A DNA stretch of 64,000 nt from an uncultured candidate division Zixibacteria bacterium (GTDB taxonomy: Bacteria > Zixibacteria > MSB-5A5 > UBA10806 > 4484-95), in the NCBI GenBank assembly GCA_963668625.2, contig CAXXKA010000008.1, forward strand, positions 192,001 through 256,000, read 5' to 3'. The notes under the pieces were generated by a model. It did no database searches, was not told the origin of the DNA, and saw nothing but the letters and a program-made list of their open reading frames with translations. How positions within the stretch are numbered: the first letter of the stretch is position 1; the number at the start of each line of letters is the position of its first letter. Positions 41,617 to 51,432 of the stretch are shown piece after piece. The position numbers were made by a program, and so were the translations under genes.

Positions 41617-42570
41617 TTAATCTACATATTTATTATTTTTTTTGTCTTGCATGTCTTTTAATGCCTTATCTTTATCGAGGTAGTATTTGCGACCATCGAG
41701 CATGTAATAATCAATACCTTTTTTCCAATAAGCCTCGAACATTTCTTTTTGCGATTCAGCCATGGCTTGATGTTTTATCACGAGGCTGGTTAATGCAAGC
41801 TCTCCTAAAATCGGGTATTCAAGCGTAATTAAAACAGTCTTATCATCGAAAATACCAATTTTCATTGGGAGATTTTTGCTTAATCTAACTTCTTCATATT
41901 CGGGTTCATATTGCTTATTAATAAATCTCAACAAATCGTCCAGTTCAGATTTTTTAGTAGGCAATTGATGAATGCTTTTCAGTTTTACACCTCGTTGCAA
42001 GGCCTCCGTAAAAGCATTGTCTAATTCTTTTATTAATTTCTTGCCAACGGTAGCAAACGGAGGCTTGGAAAATCCCAAGATTTCTGATTTAGCCTCATTG
42101 CAAAGCTGGATTTTTCTGCGATGGATTTGATCTTTACTTTTAAGGATTTCGACATAATCAAGGGGATTATCATTGCCTCGACTATTTTTATAGAGAGTCC
42201 CCAGTTCCTTGATTACCACAGCTATATCTTCACCAAGATGAAATTCTCTTTTAGATATTTCCTTCTTTTTTTCCTCCAGTTCTTGAAGATCGTTTTCGAC
42301 AGAATTTTTAAATTCTATCAATGCCCGATCTTTTAAGAAACGCGGATCTGAGGCTGAATAAAGTTTTATATTGCCCGGAATCGAAACGACCAGTCCTTTG
42401 ATCAACAGTTTATCCAATGCCTTATAGGTGTTTTGCCGCGGAACCCCACTTATTTTTGAAGTCTCGCTAGCTGTTAATGAATCCTTCTTAAATAGTGCGA
42501 TATAACATTTGGCTTCATTTTCAGTAAGGTTTAACTTTTCTATTGTTTTTAAAATTTCTCTTTCATTCAT
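41617..42570 (-). CDS. TrmB-family transcriptional regulator (unit 4)
   Basis: LTENEAKCY..VPRQNTY HTH; LPMKIGIFD..FEAYW. Confidence 0.9.
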   Translation of the reverse strand: MNEREILKTIEKLNLTENEAKCYIALFKKDSLTASETSKISGVPRQNTYKALDKLLIKGLVVSIPGNIKLYSASDPRFLKDRALIEFKNSVENDLQELEEKKKEISKREFHLGEDIAVVIKELGTLYKNSRGNDNPLDYVEILKSKDQIHRRKIQLCNEAKSEILGFSKPPFATVGKKLIKELDNAFTEALQRGVKLKSIHQLPTKKSELDDLLRFINKQYEPEYEEVRLSKNLPMKIGIFDDKTVLITLEYPILGELALTSLVIKHQAMAESQKEMFEAYWKKGIDYYMLDGRKYYLDKDKALKDMQDKKNNKYVD

Positions 42571-42580
42571 TTTGAATTCC

Positions 42581-42648
42581 TGTCGTCATGTTTTACGGCT
42601 TGCTTTGTGATGACAGTTAAAATATAGAGTTTTTACAATAAAAGTCAA
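42581..42648 (-). promoter_or_regulatory. Unit 4 promoter and operator-like inverted repeat
   Basis: TTGACT-N16-TATATT; TGTCGTCA-N19-TGATGACA. Confidence 0.65.
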
Positions 42649-42746
42649 GGAAATACTTATTAATTATTATAACATAATAAGTTACAGCATAATATTCAAA
42701 TAGGATTAACCAGATTTGACATATTTTCAGCAGATTATTTTAAGCT

Positions 42747-42772
42747 AAAAAGGCGGCCCGTTAAGGCCGCCT
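42747..42772 (-). terminator. Rho-independent terminator, unit 3
   Basis: AGGCGGCC/GGCCGCCT stem + TTTT. Confidence 0.8.
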
Positions 42773-42847
42773 ATCGTAGATCAAGGTCAAAGTGTTAGAG
42801 CACTTTCAAGAAGTAGTAGCTGAGTTTAATTACTCGAATCAAGGAGT

Positions 42848-44932
42848 TCATTCACAATTTGGCCAGCCATCGGGAGCCTCGGCCGGTAAATCGCCGCTGC
42901 TTTGCCAGGATGGCTCATAATCCGGGCAGAAATGTAATTCGTTCGCGCCTCGGAAATATTGTACCAGGTAAGTGACATCAGCGCCGATTACCGAACAATC
43001 ACCGTTAGCATCAGCCGAGTTATAGAAACCACCGACCAGACATGGCGCGGCGATAGCCCGGAAATAGTTCACCAGGTAGGTGACATCAGCGCCGATTACA
43101 TTCGGCGGCCACGAGCCGGCAGCCATGTTGGCATCACCGGGGAGGTAGTCATAAATACTCGGTTCTTCGCAGATATCAGCTATCTCATTGCCATCATCAT
43201 CATAGCAGGTCTCGCCCGGGTAGAAAGTAGAGGATGAGTATTGGCTGCATTCTTCTTCATCCTGAGTTTCTACGCACATATTAGTTGAGCCCGCCCAATA
43301 GCAGCAAGCTCCACTTTGCGAACCGCCTTCGCAGATATCAGCTATCTCGTTACCGTCATCATCATAGCAGGTCTCGCCCGGGTAGAAAGTTGAGGATGAG
43401 TATTGACTGCATTCTTCTTCATCCTGAGTTTCTACGCACATATTAGTTGAGCCCGCCCAATAGCAGCAAGCTCCACTTTGCGAACCGCCTTCGCAGATAT
43501 CAGCTATCTCGTTACCGTCATCATCATAGCAGGTCTCGCCCGGGTAGAAAGTAGAGGATGAGTATTGGCTGCATTCTTCCTCATCCTGAGTTTCTACGCA
43601 CATATTAGTTGAGCCCGCCCAATAGCAGCAAGCTCCACTTTGCGAACCGCCTTCGCAGATATCAGCTATTTCATTGCCATCATCATCATAGCAGGTCTCG
43701 CCCGGGTAGAAAGTAGAGGATGAGTATTGGCTGCATTCTTCCTCATCCTGAGTTTCTACGCACATATTAGTTGAGCCCGCCCAATAGCAGCAAGCTCCAC
43801 TTTGCGAACCGCCTTCGCAGATATCAGCTATCTCATTGCCATCATCATCATAGCAAGTTTCATTCGGGTAGAATGTTGAGGATGAGTATTGACTGCATTC
43901 TTCTTCATCCTCGGTTTCGGTGCACATCATATATGGTCCGGACATATAGCAGCAAGCTCCACCTACCGGCGGCGGCTCGCAGATATCGGCTGTCTCGTTG
44001 CCGTTATTATCGGCGCATGTCTCACCGTAATAGAAATCGCCTAAATATATTTCCTCGCATTGTTCCATATCTATAACGAGGCATTTAGTCTCATAACCAT
44101 CCAGGTAGCAACAGGCGCCTTCCTCTTGCATTTGTTCGCAAATATCGGCTATATCATTACTGTCGTCATCATCGCAGGTAGCTCCGGGATGAAATGTGCC
44201 TCCCGGATACTGGTCGCATTCGGACTGATCTGCGGCAGACGTACAATTGGTGGTGATACCGGATACATAGCAGCACGCGCCCGGTTGATCGGTAACGCTT
44301 TCCAAACAAAAAGCATGATCGTAAGGCGTCTGATTCCAATATCCGCCGTCTGTCTCAAAAACAACGGAGTTACCTTCGCCGGCATCCTGCCACATAAACC
44401 AACATTCTTCCTCGATTTCGGCGTTACCGACTATCGATATCCAGCCATCGCTTAAATTCAAAGGTGGATTTATTGTTGCTTTATATTTCCGCTGATAATA
44501 ATCTGAGTAGATCTGACCGGTTTCTTCAACGGATGCGGTTACCTTATAAACCGCCTCGATAGCCCCGGGGAAGTCCGGCCAGCCTGGATCATAACTGCGA
44601 AATACGATCCAGAAAGTGGAAGGCAGACAATTACTTGGTAACATACCCTCAAGGCTGTTATAGCCAGTCGTGCCCCACCAGGAAACTTGCTGTATCGTTC
44701 CGGTAACTCCCGTAAAGTTATCGAATATAAGAAATCCAGCATTAATATTCGATGACAGAAACTCCACCGAGGCCGAATCAACTGACGGATCCTGACCAAA
44801 TATTGCAAATTCGCTGCAGGTTTGATCCTGGATATCATAAAAGGCAGCTCCCGGATCGGCAAAAGCAGCACCCACTAAAACACAGTATATAGCCACAACC
44901 AGCGGCATTAACGAGCGTTTCTTCATGTTCAT
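42848..44932 (-). CDS. Secreted GACC-repeat protein with C-terminal dockerin (unit 3)
   Basis: Signal peptide (M)NMKKR; 'SWWG' domain; GACC repeats; dockerin tail; start moved from the ORF-track TTG. Confidence 0.85.
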   Translation of the reverse strand: MNMKKRSLMPLVVAIYCVLVGAAFADPGAAFYDIQDQTCSEFAIFGQDPSVDSASVEFLSSNINAGFLIFDNFTGVTGTIQQVSWWGTTGYNSLEGMLPSNCLPSTFWIVFRSYDPGWPDFPGAIEAVYKVTASVEETGQIYSDYYQRKYKATINPPLNLSDGWISIVGNAEIEEECWFMWQDAGEGNSVVFETDGGYWNQTPYDHAFCLESVTDQPGACCYVSGITTNCTSAADQSECDQYPGGTFHPGATCDDDDSNDIADICEQMQEEGACCYLDGYETKCLVIDMEQCEEIYLGDFYYGETCADNNGNETADICEPPPVGGACCYMSGPYMMCTETEDEEECSQYSSSTFYPNETCYDDDGNEIADICEGGSQSGACCYWAGSTNMCVETQDEEECSQYSSSTFYPGETCYDDDGNEIADICEGGSQSGACCYWAGSTNMCVETQDEEECSQYSSSTFYPGETCYDDDGNEIADICEGGSQSGACCYWAGSTNMCVETQDEEECSQYSSSTFYPGETCYDDDGNEIADICEGGSQSGACCYWAGSTNMCVETQDEEECSQYSSSTFYPGETCYDDDGNEIADICEEPSIYDYLPGDANMAAGSWPPNVIGADVTYLVNYFRAIAAPCLVGGFYNSADANGDCSVIGADVTYLVQYFRGANELHFCPDYEPSWQSSGDLPAEAPDGWPNCE
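43165..43990 (-). repeat. Near-perfect coding tandem repeat (GACCYWAGSTNMCVETQDEEECSQYSSSTFYPGETCYDDDGNEIADICEGGSQS), four near-identical units plus diverged units
   Basis: Direct DNA repeats with only synonymous differences among the near-identical units. Confidence 0.9.
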
Positions 44933-45033
44933 GTTCATCTCCAAACCTGTAAATACTACTAATCTTTTCATGATTCTCATATTACAGGGCAGTTTTCTTG
45001 ATTCTTTTTCCAAATCTTTTATATTGCTTTACT

Positions 45034-45114
45034 TCGGGAACATCCTCCCGATTTTTCCAAGAGAGCCGTCAGGTGAGTAATCATCTAACGGCTTTTTACT
45101 TTACCTGATTTTCC
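45034..45114 (-). promoter_or_regulatory. Conserved structured leader upstream of dockerin gene
   Basis: GGAAAATCAGG + GCCGTCAGGTGA/TCATCTAACGGC + TCGGGA/TCCCGA. Confidence 0.6.
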
Positions 45115-45165
45115 CAGTTATCAAATGAACGGTTAAACGAATACTAATTATTAAGTTTTCTAATA

Positions 45166-47511
45166 CTATTTTAAAAGCACCATGCTCTTGCTGGATATAC
45201 CATCAGCGCTTTTAAGACGATAAAAATAAATACCTGATGAGACAACATCTCCAGACTTACCTGTTCCATCCCAGATTACGCTGTACGTACCGGCAGCGAG
45301 GTTGCCATCGTAAACCGTTTTAACTAATCGCCCGCTGATATCGTAAATCTCAAGGGTAATATCGCCGGTGTTTCTTAAAACAAAATTTATCGAGGTGGTA
45401 GCATTGAATGGATTAGGATAGTTTTGTAAAAGCGAGGTTCGTTCGGGAATAAGATTCTCATGAGGATTATCGATACCTACCATCGTGGAATCGAAATATA
45501 AGCAAAAAGACAGGTCATACGGGATAGATTGCCATACCCCGACACTATCATCATATGTAGCTCCTGAACCGTCATGAGCATCCTGCCAGAAGAAATAACA
45601 ACCATCATTATCATTACCGCGGATTATCATCCAGCCGCTGCTCATCGGGATCGGTGGAATCAGGCCTGCCTCAAATTTATACTCGTCTATACCATCAAAC
45701 GAAACGGCCGTTGCTACGGGAGTTGTCGTAACATCATAGATGGACACCGTATCGCCCGGTATTGTCGGGTGACTGAGATTGTTTCTGCATAAAATTATTT
45801 GGAAATCATGCGATTGAGCGCCGCAGTTGGATAAATCTTCATCCAGAAGGCCGCCCCACCATGATATCTTATTGAACTCCTCACTTAAGCCGGTGAACCT
45901 GTCGGAGGAAGCGGCTCCGCTACCAGCCTCAGAACCATAAAAATGGGCAAACTCACCGTTTTCTGATGGATTTTGTCCGAAAAGAGCATCGCTTTTGCAC
46001 GCCTGTATTGTTGTACCGCTAATAGTCAAAACGTAACCGATTGGATTACCGGTGTATGATGCGATCGGATAATAATAAGTGCCCGGATCGAGATCATACC
46101 ATTCGGCGTAATATTCAAAATATTCATTGCCGCCCGCATCGCACTCATCAAAATCCTGGCTCGATGGTCCTACGATATCGAAATCACATGGACATGACTT
46201 ATTCAAATAGCTGTACCACATGCAGAATACGCTATCGGGGTAAGAACCGGAACCACAGAAATCGATTTTAATATCCATTGTTTCTTCAGTAGTGAATTTG
46301 ACCCAGATTTCAGGCAACCAATCACTGTTTATCCCGCAGTCAATTGTGGCTCCGCTATTGGTTGGCCCGCTTAAGACCACTTCTGAACCTGATTCAATAA
46401 CTCCGGCGTCAAAGGCATTTTCGCAATCATCATTCTCCGGCGCCTCGGGAGTCTCCCAGACACTTAAAAATCCGGTACCCGTGGGTCTATTTGACTCACC
46501 TGCAATTTCAATCAAGTACTGTTGGCCTTCAACCACATCAAAAGTTACCTGCGGGAAGATGGCATTGTAATCCAAGCAGTGGTCGATGAGAAAATAGTCC
46601 GGGGAACTGATAGTCAACAGGTATTCGCCTTCATTTGTATAATATGGAAAATAATTATTACCTCCAGAAACTATGACATAATAGGTCTCCGCGCTGACAA
46701 CGGGAAAATTATAGATACTTGAGTGATTATATTCGGCGCAATCACGGTTATCACTGCAAGCGAGCTGAAATCCCTCATCATCCATAATCGCCAGTGCGGT
46801 ATTGAAATCCACATCCGAACCGCAAAGCGAGAAGGTCACGTAGCCGTCAAAGGTGGCGGTATAGGAATACACGGCATCGGGGGCTTCTTCGTTAGGATAA
46901 ACACAATCTAAGAAATAGTCGTGCTGGAATCCAACAGTCGAGCCGCTATAAGCAAGAGGCAGCATACCCGTAATAGGCACAGCGGTTTCGATCGTTTCGC
47001 CGCCGGCAATTTCCTGTATGGTAGGTTCCACTCCGGGAACGGGGCATACCGAGCCATCGTAAACGGCCATCATGGGGTTTACCGGATTTTCCCATTCAGG
47101 ATCGAATAGATTGGCCTGTACTGATCCGGTTATCGTAGCGGTATAAAGGAACCATATATTCGGCGAGTTTATAAACGTGCCGGGGCCATCGAAAGTAGAC
47201 TCTCTATTATCCCACGGTTCGTTGTAAAAAAAACCGCTCACCTCAGTGGCATTCATGCAATCATCATTAGGTGGTACATCCAACGCCATTCCGGGATCAG
47301 CTTCGGCCCATTCCGTTTTTTTCATCTCCCTGTAGACAACCCTCCCATCAACGCTTCTAATTAGCCGATAAGTATCGGTTTCGCTAATAACTACACCGTA
47401 TTCGCCAATAATCGAGGCTTTGTCCAAAGGCGTCAGCCCGTTTACGCCTGATTCGGCATATAGCGGACATGACGCGGCTAAGATCATCAATAATAGCAAT
47501 GCTCTTTTCAT
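45166..47511 (-). CDS. Secreted multi-domain protein with FlgD-Ig/T9SS-type CTD (unit 3)
   Basis: Signal peptide MKRALL; PPNDDC modules; GGETIETA and SWWG domains; LLQNYPNPFN CTD; paralog of 51433-53772. Confidence 0.85.
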   Translation of the reverse strand: MKRALLLLMILAASCPLYAESGVNGLTPLDKASIIGEYGVVISETDTYRLIRSVDGRVVYREMKKTEWAEADPGMALDVPPNDDCMNATEVSGFFYNEPWDNRESTFDGPGTFINSPNIWFLYTATITGSVQANLFDPEWENPVNPMMAVYDGSVCPVPGVEPTIQEIAGGETIETAVPITGMLPLAYSGSTVGFQHDYFLDCVYPNEEAPDAVYSYTATFDGYVTFSLCGSDVDFNTALAIMDDEGFQLACSDNRDCAEYNHSSIYNFPVVSAETYYVIVSGGNNYFPYYTNEGEYLLTISSPDYFLIDHCLDYNAIFPQVTFDVVEGQQYLIEIAGESNRPTGTGFLSVWETPEAPENDDCENAFDAGVIESGSEVVLSGPTNSGATIDCGINSDWLPEIWVKFTTEETMDIKIDFCGSGSYPDSVFCMWYSYLNKSCPCDFDIVGPSSQDFDECDAGGNEYFEYYAEWYDLDPGTYYYPIASYTGNPIGYVLTISGTTIQACKSDALFGQNPSENGEFAHFYGSEAGSGAASSDRFTGLSEEFNKISWWGGLLDEDLSNCGAQSHDFQIILCRNNLSHPTIPGDTVSIYDVTTTPVATAVSFDGIDEYKFEAGLIPPIPMSSGWMIIRGNDNDGCYFFWQDAHDGSGATYDDSVGVWQSIPYDLSFCLYFDSTMVGIDNPHENLIPERTSLLQNYPNPFNATTSINFVLRNTGDITLEIYDISGRLVKTVYDGNLAAGTYSVIWDGTGKSGDVVSSGIYFYRLKSADGISSKSMVLLK

Positions 47512-47591
47512 AACTTCCTCCAGTTGCACGTTTTACACTTATAATTTATTGATATTGATTTTCCTGATTCACTTTTTAATGGTTGCATTTA

Positions 47592-48467
47592 TTACTCTTT
47601 TTTAGAAAGATAATATTTGCGTCCGTCAAGAATGTAATGGTCGATTGCGTCGTTCCAATAAGCCTCAAACATTCTCTTGAATCCCCGACTATAAATAGGA
47701 TGATCAATAACTAATCCGGTCAGTATAAACTCACCTAATACTTGATGTTCGAGAACAAAGAGCGTAGTTGAGCCATCAAAAATACCCCCTTTCACAGGCA
47801 AATTTTCGATTAGCCTCAATTCTTCATAATCCGGCTCGAAAGCCCTGTTAATATCTTTATACATTTGAATCCTGCTGGCCTCATCGGGCGGCAATTCATG
47901 TATAATTCTTAATTTCACATTACGTAGATGAGCAGCTTCGTTTAATACTTTATATTGCTCTTTCTTCAAGTTTGGTGAATCGTAAACAAGAGGGGTTCTG
48001 GCAAATCCAAGTATTTCCGATTTGGCGTTTACGCATAACTGAATATACCGGCGATAAATTTGGTCAGGATTTCTGAGTATTTCTATATTGTCGACAGAAT
48101 TTCCATCGTAGGCCTCATTGTCACGCTTGGAATCGAATTCTCTTTTTAAAATTAAAACCGCTTTGCTGATTTCTTTTTTTTGCTCTTTATATTCCGTGTC
48201 TATTCTGTTTTCCAATTTATCCTGAAGGACTATGGGGCTGGCTGCACTATATCTTTTTACTTTGCCGGGTTTCAAGACAGCTAATCCTTCAACCATCAAC
48301 GACTCAAGGACATCATAAATACGTGTCCTCGGTACGCGTGAGATTCTAGCAATTTCGCTTACAGTCAGGGATTCCCTTTCTAAGAGTGCCAAATAAGTTC
48401 TGGCTTCATAGCTGCTAAGGCCTAACGTCTTTGTTCCCTCAAGTATCTGGACTATATTGTTCTTCAT
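47592..48467 (-). CDS. TrmB-family transcriptional regulator (unit 3)
   Basis: LGLSSYEARTY..VPRTRIYDVL; start at MKNNIV because the promoter lies inside the longer ORF-track call. Confidence 0.9.
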   Translation of the reverse strand: MKNNIVQILEGTKTLGLSSYEARTYLALLERESLTVSEIARISRVPRTRIYDVLESLMVEGLAVLKPGKVKRYSAASPIVLQDKLENRIDTEYKEQKKEISKAVLILKREFDSKRDNEAYDGNSVDNIEILRNPDQIYRRYIQLCVNAKSEILGFARTPLVYDSPNLKKEQYKVLNEAAHLRNVKLRIIHELPPDEASRIQMYKDINRAFEPDYEELRLIENLPVKGGIFDGSTTLFVLEHQVLGEFILTGLVIDHPIYSRGFKRMFEAYWNDAIDHYILDGRKYYLSKKE

Positions 48468-48516
48468 TAAAACTCTTCTTTTATTTAAGATTACATTTAT
48501 TTTTCTTATTACTGTA

Positions 48517-48564
48517 ACCTCTATAGAGGTAGTGACAATATACAGAACATTTTTCACTTGTCAA
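48517..48564 (-). promoter_or_regulatory. Unit 3 promoter and perfect palindrome
   Basis: TTGACA-N16-TATATT; ACCTCTATAGAGGT. Confidence 0.75.
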
Positions 48565-48659
48565 GAAAAATGCTATAATTAGTTATAATACTGTTAGTTA
48601 CGCCGGCTAAGGAAATATTGAATTTAGGTCTTATTTGTCATTCGGAATATAATTGGAGT

Positions 48660-48688
48660 AAAAAAGGCGGCCCTATGCAGAGCCGCCT
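48660..48688 (-). terminator. Rho-independent terminator, unit 2
   Basis: AGGCGGC/GCCGCCT stem + TTTTT. Confidence 0.8.
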
Positions 48689-48764
48689 GCGGTAGATCAA
48701 GGTCAAAGTGTTAGAGCACTTTTCAAGAAGTAGTAGCTGAGTTTAATTACTCGAATCAAGGAGT

Positions 48765-50969
48765 TCATTCACAATTCGGCCAGCCATCGGGAGCCTCGGG
48801 CGGTAAATCACCGCTGCTTTGCCAGGTTGGCTCATAGTCCGGGCAGAAATGTAATTCGTTCGCGCCTCGGAAATATTGCACCAGGTAGGTAACGTCAGCG
48901 CCGATTACCGAACAATCTCCGTTAGCATCAGCCGAGTTATAGAAACCACCGACCAGACATGGCGCGGCGATAGCCCGGAAATAGTTCACCAGGTAGGTGA
49001 CATCCGCGCCGATTACATTCGGCGGCCACGAGCCGGCAGCCATGTTGGCGTCACCGGGGAGGTATTGGAAGCCCTGTTGCGGTTCGCAGACATCGGAAAT
49101 ACTGTTGCCGTTGTTATCACTGCAATCAGCTCCTGCGCCTTTCCAATCACCATTATATTCGGTTTGACATTCGCCTTCGGTCATAATCCAACAGCTATAG
49201 CCATCGTTCCAGCAACAGGCACCTAACGGATCCCCGTCACAACCGGACCAGCCGAATTCCTCATCGAATTCGCCGCAATCCGTATAGTCACCCATGTAAT
49301 TACCATAGCACTCAGCTTCGGTCGTTACGCTACAATAGTAGCCATTATTGTAACAACAGGCACCGGTCGGGATCTCTTCGCAGGCCTCGGGAATATCGTC
49401 TTCATCTTCCGGATCTTCGTAGCAATCGGTGCCCGCGCCTTTGTACTCACCACCAGCCAACTGACAATCAAGTGCGTTAAGCAGATCACATGAATCATCA
49501 CCATAGCAACAAGCGCCAGGGACATCCTCACAGAGATCATTGATATTGTTATTGTTGTTGTCAATATGAATACAGTAAGTACCATCACCCAGATAAGTAC
49601 CTTCCCAGGAATTACAATATTCTACGGTTCCATCGAAACAGACAATGTCCTCTGATTCCGGGTCTACAAGACAGCAGGCGCCGTAAACCGGTTCTTCACA
49701 GATCTCGGCGATTTCGTCTTCGTCCTCAGGGTCATCATAACAATCAGTGCCAATACCTCTGAACTCTCCGTTATACTCTTCACCTTCACACTCCCATTCG
49801 GGAACGTAAGCGCACTCGTTTTCTCCATAACAGCAAGCGCCGGGCAGATCATCACAAATACCTTCGTAACACTGGGTTCCATCGCCCAAGTATATTCCTT
49901 CCCAGCTGATGCAGTCATCTTCAGTCACTTCATCCTGGCATTCCCCCCATGACATACAACAGGCGCCGGCCGGGATTACTTCGCAAACCTCAGCGATATC
50001 GTCTTCATCCTCCGGGTCATCATAACAATCAGTGCCCGCGCCTTTAAATTCGCCACCGGCCAACTGACAATCAAGTGCGTTAAGCAGGCCACATGAATCA
50101 TCACCATAGCAACAAGCGCCAGGGACATCCTCACAGAGATCATTGATATTGTTATTGTTGTTGTCAATATGAATGCAGTAAGTACCATCACCCAGATAAG
50201 TACCTTCCCAGATATTGCAATCTTCTACGGTTCCATCTAAACAGACAATGTCCTCTGATTCCGGGTCTACAAGACAGCAGGCGCCGTAAACCGGTTCTTC
50301 ACAGATCTCGGCGATTTCGTCTTCGTCCTCAGGATCATCATAACAATCAGTGCCAATACCTCTGAACTCTCCGTTATACTCTTCACCTTCACACTCCCAT
50401 TCGGGAACGTAAGCGCACTCGTTTTCTCCATAACAGCAAGCGCCGGGCAGATCATCACAAATACCCTCGTAACACTGGGTTCCATCGCCCAAGTATATTC
50501 CTTCCCAGCTGATGCAGTCATCTTCAGTCACTTCATCCTGGCATTCCCCCCATGACATACAACAGGCGCCGGCCGGGATTACTTCGCAAACCTCAGCGAT
50601 ATCGTCTTCATCCTCCGGGTCATCATAACAATCAGTGCCCGCGCCTTTGTACTCACCACCAGCCAACTGACAATCAAGTGCGTTAAGCAGATCACATGAA
50701 TCATCACCATAGCAACAAGCGCCAGGGACATCCTCACAGAGATCATTGATATTGTTATTGTTGTTGTCAATATGAATACAGTAAGTACCATCACCCAGAT
50801 AAGTACCTTCCCAGGAATTACAATCTTCTACGGTTCCATCTAAACAGACAATGTCCTCTGATTCCGGGTCTACAAGACAGCAGGCGCCGTAAGTCTGTGC
50901 TAATCCCGGGACAGCCATCAGACAAACATATAAAGCTGCTGATATTAACATCACTATTTTTTTAAACAT
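48765..50969 (-). CDS. Secreted acidic GACC-repeat protein with C-terminal dockerin (unit 2)
   Basis: Signal peptide; 12 GACC repeats, arranged partly as a 603-bp higher-order repeat (about 2.5 copies); dockerin tail. Confidence 0.85.
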   Translation of the reverse strand: MFKKIVMLISAALYVCLMAVPGLAQTYGACCLVDPESEDIVCLDGTVEDCNSWEGTYLGDGTYCIHIDNNNNNINDLCEDVPGACCYGDDSCDLLNALDCQLAGGEYKGAGTDCYDDPEDEDDIAEVCEVIPAGACCMSWGECQDEVTEDDCISWEGIYLGDGTQCYEGICDDLPGACCYGENECAYVPEWECEGEEYNGEFRGIGTDCYDDPEDEDEIAEICEEPVYGACCLVDPESEDIVCLDGTVEDCNIWEGTYLGDGTYCIHIDNNNNNINDLCEDVPGACCYGDDSCGLLNALDCQLAGGEFKGAGTDCYDDPEDEDDIAEVCEVIPAGACCMSWGECQDEVTEDDCISWEGIYLGDGTQCYEGICDDLPGACCYGENECAYVPEWECEGEEYNGEFRGIGTDCYDDPEDEDEIAEICEEPVYGACCLVDPESEDIVCFDGTVEYCNSWEGTYLGDGTYCIHIDNNNNNINDLCEDVPGACCYGDDSCDLLNALDCQLAGGEYKGAGTDCYEDPEDEDDIPEACEEIPTGACCYNNGYYCSVTTEAECYGNYMGDYTDCGEFDEEFGWSGCDGDPLGACCWNDGYSCWIMTEGECQTEYNGDWKGAGADCSDNNGNSISDVCEPQQGFQYLPGDANMAAGSWPPNVIGADVTYLVNYFRAIAAPCLVGGFYNSADANGDCSVIGADVTYLVQYFRGANELHFCPDYEPTWQSSGDLPPEAPDGWPNCE

Positions 50970-51107
50970 CTTTTCTCAGTCTCCATTTTTTGTGAAAATA
51001 CGATTACAATAAAATGAAACTAATTTGTTTTCGCTTACATTGTATATGTAACAATGGTCCTGCGTTTTGTTTTTCCTGACTTCCAATTTTAATTTTTCAA
51101 ATAACAT

Positions 51108-51362
51108 CACTAGTGTCCGGTGTTTTTCGTTAAATTTTAAATTTCTCCTTGGAATTGTTAATGAAAAATATTTTCCGATATAATTATTTTATTCAGCGTA
51201 TCATTCATCCTGACATATCCTGCCGATGTTAGGCTTGGTTTTCTGGTTTCCAAGCGCTGCTTGGAAACCTTCTTGAATCATGTAGAATGCGCATTCTGCC
51301 GGCAAACAAGCCACGTTGCGAAGCAGCGCTTCGCAACGAGATGAAAAGACCGGACAGTAGTG
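51108..51362. mobile_element. 255-bp IS4-type MITE carrying a REP-like doublet
   Basis: IRs CACTAGTGTCCGGTGTTTT / AAAAGACCGGACAGTAGTG; 9-bp TSD AAATAACAT; internal hairpins 51245-51269 and 51314-51338. Confidence 0.85.
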
Positions 51363-51432
51363 AAATAACATCTTAAATGAATTTAGTTTTTATTTTTATT
51401 TACACTATCTTAAACCGACTTCCTCGTTTACT

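Noticed and set aside
42665-42695. dif/pdif-like site (TTATGTTATAA resembles the XerD arm); also CATAAT repeats at 62781-62820
   Set aside because: No XerC arm at 6-bp spacing; AT-rich chance similarity is likely
42795-42851. Conserved 18-aa ORF (MNSLIRVIKLSYYFLKVL) or Sec readthrough of TGA after the dockerin stop
   Set aside because: The other copies have single-base indels in this stretch and unit 1 ends in TAG, so it behaves as non-coding UTR
37810-50890. CRISPR array
   Set aside because: Repeats are in-frame coding tandem units with no unique spacers and no cas genes
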